Numbered from the whole stretch's first letter, positions 39,301 to 51,503 are shown. The stretch: 61,954 nucleotides of DNA, filler included, from Choristocarpus tenellus KU-1152 (GCA_964200185.2; 12 parts of 12 records of this genome joined end to end with filler, not necessarily neighbours in it); one strand, 5' to 3'. The notes: a model not told the origin generated them from the letters alone. Made by a program: numbers and translations.

Positions 39301-40851
39301 GTATCCTTCAACTACTTGTCCACACTAATATTTCACAGTGCATTCTTGGGTGCACAATTTACGAGAAGGCAATTTGTTGTCGGCTTCACCCGATTTTTTC
39401 CGCACCTCTTGCAGAGTTCATGATTACCATTGGTAACAAACATTTTCCAAAAACTTCCTTCCCACAAAAAAAACGAAGGCCTGCCGCAAGAACTTATACT
39501 TCGGGCAGAGGAAGTGGCGGGGTACTGTGACCGAGGGGAACCCATACGACCCACCAATCATCACGATGGACCTCTCACACTTCACTGTCCCGAGGTGTGG
39601 TTCTGCTAAAGGCAGAAACAATACCATAAGAAAGGGAAGGGGATACTAAGCACTTACAAAGAGTTTATGAAAAGTAGTTGGAAATATGCAACTGGAGAAA
39701 AGAGGAAAAGGAGAGCAAGAAAACACGATCCGACACTCTAAATATCATAGTTGGATACGAAATATGTTATTCCTTTATGTGCTCCAGAGCATACTTGCAC
39801 TTATTCATGAGTTACGGATTGTGATACCTAAAAATTCAAGGATGTCAATACCACAAATGGTAATTAACACATGATACTTTTGAGTGAGGCAAATTTCGGA
39901 TTCAGCGCAAATAATAAATATCCCTAAAGATGATGATGCCACTACTCTCTGTTTTAGATCTTTGCCGTACATTGTCGTGCTATTGAGGTACAATATTCAG
40001 GATCCAGATAAAGATGAAATATGGATAGTTTGAACAACTTTATTTGTTCTAAAATAGGCATACAAAGATTACGGAACAGTATTTTTAGAGAGTGAAGAAT
40101 AGTGAAGACGTACCACCTGGTTGAGTGGAATGGGATAATGTTGTTTTTAAACAGATACATGTGATAGAACTGGAAGATCAGTCTTGGTCAAAAAAAGTGA
40201 AATGAGTGGTAGGTGGAGGTTTGATTACAGGCATAACGGTGGGGAAGCATTACTATGTCTCCGGAGTAGTACTACTACATTATATCTGATCACGTTCCAC
40301 TGAAATAATAATATACCAAAAAGAACCGAGGACTACAGATGTGCTCAAACGATGGTAAAATGTACATTTCAATTTGCCGACTTCGGTCTATCTATATGGT
40401 GCTGAGGAAGACCATATACACTATATTGAAGTAAAGAGATTGAAGGATATGGCAGTCCTGAAAAAATATATTTGAATGGTCGGGACTCCAAACCGATTTC
40501 AAAATAGTTTTGGCTTTGTATCACTGCTGAAGAAGGAACACACAGACAGTTGTGGTTAACTTCTCTGTAAAAGTAAATATGGGAGTGAGTGGGGAATTTT
40601 AAGCGAATTATCTAAATTAGAAAAAAATGTTGTAGGACTAAATGCTATGCACTTGTTGTGATTATTCTGTGATCAATAGAGGTTCTCCGCCTCCCCCCTT
40701 TCACATCCTTGCCGTGCTGAAGGTGCAGGCATGCCTGCGACTCTTCCTGGAGTGTCCCATACCATGGCAGCAAGCCCCAGATGAACAGCTTGCCGAGTTC
40801 CTGGTATCCCTGGACAACCTGCACAAAGGTAGGAGTCGCAGACATTGTTGA
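36365..40851 (+). CDS. MSH5: MutS homolog 5, C-terminal exons (5'-incomplete)
   Basis: Phase-consistent exons 36365-36537, 38283-38376, 38729-38864, 39479-39594 and 40723-40851: SLLLIDEFGKGT..DG, LHFHEIF, PLFKLVPGVSASSYGIACAR, GLPQELILRAEEV..GEPIRP; DEFGKGT is typical of MSH5. Confidence 0.88.
36585..36819. mobile_element. MITE family C (intronic)
   Basis: GAGTCAAAGT..GAGATACCCA ... CCTGGGTACCTCT..TTACCTC. Confidence 0.8.
37141..37306 (+). mobile_element. MITE family A (complete, intronic)
   Basis: GTCTCAAAGTATCTG(n)...AGATACTTTGAGCC; flanks TCCT/TCCT. Confidence 0.9.
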
Positions 40852-42737
40852 AATATTGGAGAAGTTGACACAGACTCACCGCTACCCTTGGTCTGCGAGA
40901 AAGGGGGTGGTGAATTTATGTGGAGGAGCTGACTTGGTTGAATTGCGCTGTTCTGAACCTATTCAAACATCCAACACAACCCGAATAGCAGGCCAGCTGT
41001 TTTCGCCTTTGTGCTAAAACGTGCTTCAATATAGTATCATCAATGACACCTCATTTGGCAGAAAAAAGAAGACAGATGGTAGATTGTCACGCCCTTGGCA
41101 AGATCTGATGTTCGAGATAGGTGATGCCACCCCTCTTTGGGTAAACTAGCAATGCTAGGGACATTGGATGATTTGTTGATTTGCAGGAGATGGCGAATGT
41201 GGAGTTATTAGTTTTCTCGCGGTGCTGTGCGAGTAGAGTGTGAAGGTGACCTTGATTTAATCATTGCACAATATCGTTTTGATAGATGATGAATAAATCA
41301 TTACATTAAGAAGATAACATTTGAGATAAACAAGCTAAAGCAACAGCATGATACATAACAGGTATTAGGTGGAAAATGAAAGAGAGGAGTGCTCTTTTAG
41401 TACTCGGTGCTCAAAGCTGTGTCATATGACACACGCATTGTATATATAATATAGTATATATGATGATGTGCTAGAAAAAAACACCTGATGACATGTATGT
41501 ATAGTTCATACCACATATTATCCGAAAACCACATATTGTACTCCAGGGTATGAGGTACACTATGTTGGTAGTGCCTGTATCTCATTGGCAACGACCAACC
41601 ATTAAATATATTGCACATGTGTAATGCTCCTCCTGTTTGACAGGCAACATAGCTCTACCGTAATCTCTAGAACTTCAGATTATGTGTATGCCTGCATGCA
41701 TAAGGCACGATTTGTAAAGATGGTTGGATTTGTTCGTCAATGCTTTGAGGATAGGACAAAGTCTATGATGATGCATTATTGTTCAGGGATATTGCCTTTG
41801 GGAGGGTCTTTTCACTGATGACACCGGGTTATTGGAACATTAGGAAGGTCTGCAGAAGCAGTGTATAAACTGGAAACTTCAGTACTACCTACAGCTTAAT
41901 TTACCTGCAAGACACTCAATCTCAAAACAAATAACCCAACAAGCGATCATATAATTCAGCAGCGTCAGGGAAAGATGAACTGACTTCACCTTTCATCTTG
42001 TTTGCACATATGCGTGTACAAACGGTTTTATTCCTGTAGAAAAGAAGTTGTAGGGTTGCTACCGTTGGACTTGCTCGGAACCTCCCCTCCCTGCAATAGC
42101 TTCCTTCAAAGCATTCTGTACTGTAGAATTCTGGTTGTGCTATTTTTGTTGTTGCCCAAATGATCATTATACTCCCTGCATCCCCGAAAAGTAATTTTTG
42201 TTGGAAGGGAGCACTGAACCTTCTCCGTGGTCCCAAGCTATACCTACCTCTCCACCTACGAAGAACAATGATCCCATCAAGGCGAAAATTGAGAACAGTA
42301 TCTGCTTTATTAAAGAAAATGTGTCTCGCTGTTTACCTATTTTATTATCACAGTAAAATTATACCAGAATATGCATCATGCCCTTTAGAACCTGGTAAAA
42401 ATAAAGTTGATCTGAAGTTGACCTGATCTAAATCCAAGCATAAATTCCCAGGAACAGTGAAGTATTTGTGTTTAGCGCTCTTAGGGATAAGATCACAGTC
42501 CTCGGAAATCTATCCAACAGTAGTGCAGAAGTGTACCAATGGGACCGTAGAAGTCTTGCACAGGTACATTTTTTTCCCCCATGACAACGTCCCCTTCAAA
42601 ATGTCAGTGGGTCTAAAGTAAAACAATGCACATGATTGTGATGTAGGGGGTATAATTTCACCGCAATAATATACGTGTTCATTATAATAATAGTGATGTA
42701 GTTTCTTACAAAGGGGAGGTTGCTCATGCCCGTAATT

Positions 42738-42997
42738 GAGTGAAAGTAAACGAGAGGTACCCAGGTTTTGGACATTTTGCATTTTAAGACAGATTTTCAA
42801 ATCTTTTGCAATTCGCTCATATTTCTATTAATTAAGTGCTAAGTTTGACTTGAGGACGTTGGTTTCTCTATTTTTTGAGATTTTTCAAAATAAATCGAGA
42901 AAATATCCTATATGCACTTCCAAAAAAGCCGAATTTTGTACAAAATTGTCAGCATCCTAATAATGCAATTCTGGGTAACTCTCGTTTACTTTGACTC
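42738..42997. mobile_element. MITE family C
   Basis: Near-perfect TIR GAGTGAAAGTAAACGAGAGGTACCCAG / CTGGGTAACTCTCGTTTACTTTGACTC. Confidence 0.9.
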
Positions 42998-44539
42998 ACT
43001 GTGATACACTCCAGTAAGAAATATCATACTTCAAAGTACATAAATAGTATCATGCCCGCTCACATGTTGCAGGGATGTGTCATTTATGGAAAGGAATAAA
43101 TGTAAAGGGGAGAAAACAACAAAACATAACAGTATGATAGAAACTGCATAGGAGGAAGAACCATGAAAAGAATACACAAACATCACCATAGAAAGGACAA
43201 TCATATCAGATACACCAACCACGGAGATACTGTATGTGCGTACCATACCAAAAACAAAAACTATACAATAGTATAATAAAATACTGTACAACATGTCCTA
43301 TACAACTGCTACATTGAGACAAGAACGTCCTTCCTATCCTATACACCACGACATAGTCGGACCCTCGAGACTCAATCTGTTGTTGTGTGTCCGGGGCAAG
43401 ATCTGCACAGGACAGAGACCTTGCACTAAGAATATGATTGAACCTAAATGAAGGTCTCGTCTTTGATGCACCACACCTTATCTCCGACTACTTATCTCAC
43501 TTCCCACCCTGGTCTGAAAAGACAGCTGCAATGAGGTCCTGCAACGCAAGTGACTAAATTTCACCCTTCCTTCTCTTCCAAGGTCCTCAGCCATAATGTG
43601 GTAGTGACTGGCACCTATCTACCGCATGAAGATAAAACTGAACCGTGTCAGCGGAAGTGAGTCTGTGAGGAGCTTACCACTTTGGTCTCAAACCACAATA
43701 CCAGACAGAGGCAGGTGGTGATTAGTGACATCCTGCAGGGGACTGGTGGGTCATCAATGAACACCTTGCATTCAGGAACGAGCAGCAGTTCAGAAAAGCT
43801 TGAAGTCGAGCACAGCATTGGAAGCTGCTGCAGTGTATATGTAGTCAACAATGGCAATATGTGCCTGCTCTCTAGGGGTATTATTTGTCAGTGGCCGGGT
43901 TGGGTGTTTAATAAAATGTAGGAACAGTGAAGGTTTAATCAAGGATTTGCCCACACTCGTCTTACAACTTTAATTGAATAATTTCGTAGCACACTCCAGT
44001 AATACAGGTTGTAACAAACTGATGTTAATAATAATAGTATATCCTTGTTGATTGACACCATTTTGGCTGATTTTCCTTGATTTTTCCTCATTTTTCAATC
44101 CCCTGTCGGTAAATATGTTCAAACCATTATATCTGGTATAACCAATACATGGGTCACCAACAATTTATAGTTGGAATTCCCAAGCTCGGGAACATAGAAG
44201 CTAGTTGCGAGGGTGCAAGAATCGTGGTCAATGTTTCTTTACCACCTGTGGGTGCTTTACGGACTCCGTATTCCCACTATTTTTTGCTAGTTGGTCGGAT
44301 TACTGCAGACCCCTGTAGAAGTCGGTTGAGATAGAATAAATCTGCTGAATTAACCATAGCTCCAACATCCCCCCCCAAAAAATGGTAACAAATTTAACCG
44401 ATTTAGAAGTCTACATAAAACTAATCTGTGGTGGAATTGAGCAAGGCACTTATCCAATACCAAGAACAACCATGTAATGCTTACATATACACGTTGCAGC
44501 ATCATTCATCACAGAACGTTCCTCAACAATAAACAATTA

Positions 44540-44797
44540 GAGTGAAAGTATCTTAGAGGGTACGAATTTTGCCCTGTTTGTCCATTTGGGACTTGGCTTC
44601 CCACAGGTGTTTTATGACATTTTCCTACTCCGATATGTTTCGGAGTAGGTAAAATTTGCACGTTATGAAAAGGTGTGTCCGGAACAAGGATATTGACACT
44701 TGCCCAAAAACTCGATAGTCAAAATTACATCAAAATCGGAACATTGGAATTTGACCTCCAAATTGACGCGGCTCTACCCTCTAAGACACTTTGGCTC
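44540..44797 (+). mobile_element. MITE family B (complete)
   Basis: GAGTGAAAGTATCTTAGAGGGTA...TACCCTCTAAGACACTTTGGCTC. Confidence 0.92.
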
Positions 44798-45077
44798 ATA
44801 AGAGGGAAAAAAAATCCATGGAATAAAGGGGGTCAGGTATCTGATATAGAAAGAAAAAATATTCAAAAACACAAAATGACAAAAAAAAATCAAAACATCT
44901 TACATAAATTACTATCTGTTCTGATGTGGGTTACTTCATGGTTTCAACTTCTGCTATCCTATGTTCCATGCAGGGACTACCTGTTTCACGCTTACCACAG
45001 GCAATAATTATTATGTGGATAGTAAATATCCATAACCTTAGATCATGCTGCGGTGGCATGCATAATTGCCCTTTGGT

Positions 45078-45215
45078 AACATAGGGGCTTTAGTTCCGAC
45101 TCTGCCAGTTGTTTCCAAAATAGGTACTCCAGTTCCAACTCTGTCAGTTGTTTCCAACATAGGGACTCCAGTTCCGAAACTGCCAGTTGTGTCCAACATA
45201 GAGACTCCAGTTCCA
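45078..45215. repeat. 39-bp minisatellite, about 3.5 units
   Basis: Unit AACATAGGGACTCCAGTTCCGACTCTGCCAGTTGTTTCC. Confidence 0.9.
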
Positions 45216-45879
45216 AATTAACCCATGGATTCCAACAATGATCAACAAATCCCCTCGTTTCCATTGAGAATGGATCCCCAAAAGTCGTAAGGCACAGTCA
45301 AGATCAATATATGCCTGACCAGATAAGAGTATATACTTTTATTAAAAAATATATGTAACTCCAACTAGCCCCAAAACAGGTCAACAAATATTCTTGTTTA
45401 ACCTGGGAAAATTTTCCCAAGGGTCACAGAATACCATTAGAGTCAGATTGCTTCTGGACTAGTCTGAGCATACATTTGCTCTTTCTGAAGCACACCTTCA
45501 AAATTTACAAAGTTTACATCTCTGACATGGCCTAAAATGAATGGGTCCCCAGTTCCAATCAATCCAATCACAACTGTGATTAATTTATCCATGTTCCCTT
45601 CAAGGTGTCTATAAGGCCAAACAAAACTATCTCCGTTAAATTGTGTCTGCCCTAATCCAAGTATACTCTTGTTTCTTTTGAACTGGACCTTCAAAAGTTG
45701 CAAAATACAAAGCTCTGATTGGGCATACAATTCATGAATCTTCCATTCCAATCTTCCCGGTTATATAAATGCAAGTCCTATCAAGGATTAGACTTATTTT
45801 ATTCATGATCTACTCGGCATCTGATTATTGCCTATCCTATGCCCCCCAAGCACAAAGCATACTTAAGGCTGCTAGTAGT

Positions 45880-46290
45880 GCGCAAAACAAGCAATGATAA
45901 AAATTAAGATAAAGAAAGAAGGGCTAACGAGAGCAACAAATAGTAGTAATAATAAGTAAAGAGAAACAAAAGCAATACAAATAAAAATAGAAACTGGCAA
46001 TAAATAGAAAATATAAAAAAATAGTATGTGGATGATGAGGGTAACAAAGTGGAAACTGAACAAAAAAACAAGAAGAAAAAAGGAAAGGAAAAAAGTTGGT
46101 AAATAAGGAGAGCAACAATTATGAAAAAGAAATGAAATTGAAAATCAGAGGATGATGGGATCAAAACTAGAAATAAATAAACATTAGAAAAACAAAACTG
46201 AGATATAGAATGTTTAAAAAATAGAGAATTCAAGAACACAGAGAGTTGCTAAGACCTAGAAAAGAGGAAAACAAAGAAATATAAAATATA
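45880..46290. repeat. A-rich low-complexity tract
   Basis: Strong A skew over ~400 bp; generates F/L/I-rich shadow ORFs. Confidence 0.8.
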
Positions 46291-47202
46291 CAGTAGTTAA
46301 TTCAGTGTTTATACTTTCTAAGAACTTCAGCCTATAAAACCGATGTATATTACTGTGTGCTCTAATGTGGGTAGCTTCTTCATTCCAGCTTATGCTGTCT
46401 CATGTTCCTTTCAGTGACTATGATTATCACTGCTTTAATCTCTTATTCTAGTATGTACCACCTGAACCTCACCTTGTCCCTCACGCATACAGTTGTAACC
46501 TGCTGGGAGGTGTTTTGGAGGAGGCACCCGTCTCTCTCTTGCTGAATTCCTCCGTACCTAGATCCTTCAACTATACCCTCCAGTAGAGTGACTTGAACTC
46601 AAAAACTGGGCCCTTTTTCCTACCTGTCTCTTTCTCTTTTATCCTTCCACAATGTTTGACACTAGTACCAATAGGGAAGAAATGTAACATATCCTATCGG
46701 GGCAAGAGTTGTTCTTGGGTGGGAACATTAGTTGAGCATGTTCTTGTGTTATGGTTGTGAAGGTCCTAGAAGGCATGATAAACATCCAACTGTAGTAAGG
46801 TGAAGCTGCTCATTTCTTCTGTTTAGTTACCTGGTCTGAAAACTGCCCATCTTAGAACTTTCCTTTGCATTACAATGCCATTTGCTAAGGTCTGACAAGG
46901 GTACATTGTTACTGCTCGATCTGAGTGTTGGAATGTTGACAAAAGGTACCCATGGTGTCATTGGTGATGGTTGGGAGCATTGACCTTCTCTAAACGACAG
47001 CTCCCTTTAGTGTTGTCTACAAAATGTTGTTCCTAAAAAATAATTTCGTAAGGCAGCCTCAACATTATCCTAAAAGCCATATTACGCACTCTTTCCTCTG
47101 GGGAAAACGTTATTGGAAGTTTGCAGGACCTCAATACCAGCATTGGTGGAATATTGCACCCTCTGGATATTGCTGCATGTATGGTACCTTTGCCTGCCAT
47201 GT

Positions 47203-47319
47203 GAGTGACAGTATCTTAGAGGGTACGAGTTTTGCCCTGTTTGTCCATTTGGGGCTTGGCTTCCCTCGGGGTGTTTATGACATTTTCCTACTCCATAATA
47301 TTTCAGAGTAGGTGAAATT
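47203..47319 (+). mobile_element. MITE family B left arm, interrupted by copia LTR
   Basis: GAGTGACAGTATCTTAGAGGGTACGAG..; homology to family B ends at the LTR start. Confidence 0.9.
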
Positions 47320-47673
47320 TGTGCGAAATAGGACAATAGTGAGGTGTACCTTATTTTGTGTATGAGAGATAGTCATTTTGATTAAGTCCATGCGATGTAA
47401 CTAATGAGAAAGTACATCAGAATTATGAATGGAATACCTACAGGTTTTGTTGATTTGAAATCAACTACTTTGATTTAATTGTTGACTTCTGTAGGAAGCA
47501 CAAATAATAATAAAACAAGCAATGAGAAGACAACCCACAAAGATCACTCTTCTAATTTCAACCATCCATTCATTTTCACGTTCAGCGAAAGGGGTCNNNN
47601 NNNNNNGTGAGGCTTCACACTCTCTTATCTTCACTACTGACAAATAGCATTACCTCCCAAGGTAATTTGCACA
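47320..47673 (+). mobile_element. copia 5' LTR (copy 3)
   Basis: TGTGCGAAAT...ATTTGCACA inverted termini; followed directly by PBS and gag; 10-N gap inside. Confidence 0.9.
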
Positions 47674-47685
47674 GGTTATGAGCCT
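47674..47685 (+). promoter_or_regulatory. primer-binding site, half-tRNAiMet type
   Basis: GGTTATGAGCC immediately after the LTR CA, matching the Ty5/Drosophila copia type PBS. Confidence 0.85.
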
Positions 47686-48925
47686 AAGTAGTATGGAGAC
47701 TGACCTGAAGAAACTTGCTCTCTGGACATGGGCGACAGGAAGGTCATTGGAGACCTGGTCAACTTGGAGACTGTCACTGATTGCCTACGCTGGTGGAAAG
47801 GGCTTGTGCGAGATTACAACAAGGGACTACAAGATTCCCGAAACACCCACCACCATCTCGGGAGAGGCAGTGCGTACGACACATGCCACATACTCCAAGA
47901 ATAACAAGGCATTATGGTTCCTCCTTCTACAAACAACGAAAGGATCAGCATCCTCGATTGTCGCCAAGTACGAAAATGGAGGTCAACCAGACGAAAGAGG
48001 AGCTTGGTTGGAACTAGAACGAGTCTACGGTGGACGCGCAGAGGATGAAATCCCCGTACAAGTCATCATGTTGGAGGCAAAACTCCGCGAATTACGATGC
48101 ACAGCGTCTCAGGACAGCACCGATTTTGTCGTTAAACTCGAACGACTATTTTCGGAATTCGAGGAGCTCAAGGAGCCTAAATCCGAAAACATGAAAAGGC
48201 CATCTATACTACTTGAGATCAAGGAATCCATGCCACATGTGTTCGCGCAATTGATAACATGCCCGGACATCAGCTACGAGGAACTCAAACGAGCAGTAAT
48301 CTCGTCGACAACTTACCTTCACTCGGGTCAAGATGGTCGTGATGGGGTATTAGCAATGCATGGCAATGTGAAGAATGGCCATGCTCGGAAGACCAGGGGA
48401 TCAGTTGGAAGCGGCCTCAGACCAAATCAATGTGGAAATTGTTTAAGGATGAACCATCGATGACAGAATTGCTACCGATACTTAAATGGAAAGCCACCGG
48501 CAACACATCCGCCTGGGATGGCACCCGGAACATTTCCGCCACCTCCAACTCGTGGGAGCAGCAACAAAGTCGACGGAAACCAAGCGCGCTCCTTCTCCAG
48601 TTTCAAGGTGACAGCAGAAGAGGAAGTTGACAAACGTGCGGTATTCAACTCCTCCAGTGGAAGACAAGTCAAGATATTATGTGACTCTGGAGCAAACGTA
48701 CATCTTACACCTGATCGTGAAGATCTCAGAAGTACTTGGGGCACCAAACGCACATGCACCTTCGGAAACAATGGGAAATTGGAAGCGAATGAAGTCGGGG
48801 ATATGGTTCTAATGGTGATGGACAAGGACGGCAAACCAACAAGAGTGGTTCTGAAGGATGTTTTACGGGTCCCAGGTCTACCATGCCACATATTGAGTAC
48901 AGGAAGTATACGACGGAATGTGTGA
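47678..48925 (+). pseudogene. Ty1/copia gag-protease, one in-frame stop, 3'-interrupted
   Basis: gag-like ORF (GAWLELERVY); knuckle CGNCLRMNHR*QNC; protease ILCDSGANVHLT..CTFGN..LKDVLRVPGL in the same frame. Confidence 0.92.
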
Positions 48926-48998
48926 ATCGTGTGATTCTGTGGTGGTGTGGTTCACTCAGGCAAGGGTGGTGAAGAGGATCACCGGGCAAGACGGACCA
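48920..48998 (+). mobile_element. terminus of an unclassified repeat inserted in copia pol
   Basis: GTGTGAATCGTGTGATTCTGTGG..; about 90% identical to the reverse complement of 49099-49164. Confidence 0.75.
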
Positions 48999-49098
48999 NN
49001 NNNNNNNNNNNNNNNNNNNNNNNNNNNNNNNNNNNNNNNNNNTTAATTAATTAANNNNNNNNNNNNNNNNNNNNNNNNNNNNNNNNNNNNNNNNNNNN
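48999..49098. other. artificial contig spacer
   Basis: N44-TTAATTAATTAA-N44. Confidence 0.98.
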
Positions 49099-49164
49099 CC
49101 GGTGATTCTCTTCACCACCCTTGCATGAGTGAACCACGCCGCCACAGAATCACACGATTCACAC
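49099..49164 (-). mobile_element. second copy of the unclassified repeat terminus
   Basis: Reverse complement of 48920-48985. Confidence 0.75.
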
Positions 49165-51503
49165 TACTGTTGTTAAATTTAGTATTTACGTACTCCTTGT
49201 ACATTAGTTTATGGTTTACTTTTGATACATGTGGAAAAGGTGTTAGGGCATAGTAGCATTCAAATTGAAAAACACTTGTTCGACTTTTGTAGGGGGTTTA
49301 AAATGCAGACAGAACCCTCGTTCATTCTTCAGGGACTCTGACAGTGATCAAGCCATGGTTCCACCGTGTTGATAGCGATATTTTTGGTAGTTACAACAGT
49401 GTGTATGCTCCACATTTGCATCCTCCCTTTCCGTTGAAACAACGTAACTATAGACGGAGATCATAGTATTATAGTGAAAGATCATCGAATACATCACCGA
49501 CCCTTCCGTACAAGAAACGGTTGCATTCGAGTTGTTCCCCATCATATATCTGTTCATACATGGTGGTTGTCTTTCCGCAATACGTATAATTCTCTCGGCA
49601 AGGGGAAAGTGGGTCTGATCAATCAAAATGAAGCCCAGTGGGAACTGGACTCAATTTCCCCCTCCTGCCTCTGGCAAGCTGCCTGTCGGAGATTTCCCTT
49701 CCATCACTCTATGGACACATCCCCACCACATGACACAACCTACGCTCAGTTTAGTAGTGTCCTTCTAAATACAGGCCACCAAGCGGCATGTATCACTCAT
49801 GACATAGATTGGTTGCTCAACTACTGTATCTTATCTCTCCTTCCATGTCTCTATCTTCAGAAACAAACTGCAATTGGGATGAGTTGTGGTGTTTAGGCCA
49901 TTTACTCTGACACAGCTGGTGATACATCTCACCATTGGATTTGGTAGTGAACAATTAAGGCTAGTAGTTAACCACATGCTAAGGGAGTTTGGCAGGCATG
50001 GTTGAAGGACCCAGTGTACAGTGGTCAAGGCATAAGAGCAGATGAGGATGCATTCCAATGAAGCAGATGTATAGCAGTCATAGCAGAGGTTGCCACTGGT
50101 CCCCACTATCCCATTAACAGCCTAAAGCAGCTGGTTGGTCACTATTGTGTGCTGTAGTGAAAATGGCACTAAGTTCACACAGGAGTGCAGCAAATCCACA
50201 ATCAAATCACTGTTTCACCAGCCATCCAAGGACTCACGACTTGAGACTCTTCATTTCTTCTACCTTCTTATCACCCCGAGATCAATGTCCCTCTCCTCAC
50301 TAGGACAGTAAGTGCACTCCTACCATTGTCAAGGCACCATTTACCATTTGCAGGTGAGTACCCCAATACTTTCTACACATGGAGATGCCCTACATACATA
50401 CTCCAATATATGTCAGTACTTGTTTGTGTGGTCCCTCACAACTTCTCAGACAGTCAACTGCTTGTTGCATGATACAATAGGTGCAGCACTGCTTAAGAAT
50501 ATCATACACTTTGTCTGGACATCCTGTCCAATTCATAGTGCATACATTGTCTCAATCTTCGAAACAAGTGTGAAGGCAGTGCATCAAAAACAAGTTACGC
50601 TTATGAAATTGTGTGATACAAACAATTGCTAGCTTTTCAGTGAGTCATGTACCATTCAGACCTGCCAGGTTTCAGTCAGGAGCATATTTCGGGAGTCTCG
50701 TCATGAAAAAAATGCGCAGAGTCACCCACCCCCAAACCAAAAAGGTAAGGTTGGGCATTGAGTCAATATGACTACCATTTCAAATACGGTAATAAGCAAA
50801 TCACTGACATGGTGTATGCTTTCCATCTTGGGGATGCGATATGTACACTTTCCTCACACTAATTTGAGTCCAGTAGTACCCGGCACCCAAAAATGATCAT
50901 ATTATTTGTCACACATGAACTACCTTAGTGAACACACAAGTTGGTATGTTTGGTATTTTATAATGGCAGGGGATAGTGGACCACAAGCAACGTCCTTTCA
51001 CAACAGCACACGTACACAGTGTGTGTGTGTGTGGTACGTGTGGAGGGGCGGGGTATGCGGGTGAGTGTGTCTTGTGTTACCTCTTCCCTCTTCTGCTTTC
51101 ATTCCCACCCACGCTTTATAAACTTCCAATCATTGCCTTGAAGAAACAGAACATATCCATTCAGGTAGTTGCAGGCTCATGTAGGCCCATAGTAAGCTGG
51201 ACAGTTCGGAATGTGTCCATTGGTTTGATTGTCAGAGTTCTCCCTAGGTCAAATAAGGCACCACCAATACCGTGCCATTCAAATTAGCTAATATAACTGG
51301 AAGCCCTGGATAGCTGTGATGATCAGCCTTGACAGGGATAAGGAAAGGAGTAATCACAGGAACGTTTGATTAGGGGTAGGGGGTCAGCCAAGCTGAACCA
51401 CGATTAGTTGGTCGTGGAGAAAGGACGTGTATTGGGACTTGGAGATTGCACTCTTGTCATCCACACCTTAACATAGCATTAAGTTAACTTGGCTAAACGT
51501 GAA

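Noticed and set aside
41880-42330. GCM-like Cys cluster of a transposon gene
   Set aside because: Spacing only loosely fits and there is no supporting downstream domain.
45870-47200. LINE 3' end on the minus strand (RVRNMAFRIML plus T-rich tail); similar hints at 10000-10300, 43360-43640 and 50280-50350
   Set aside because: Only isolated short motif resemblances; too degenerate to support without a profile search.
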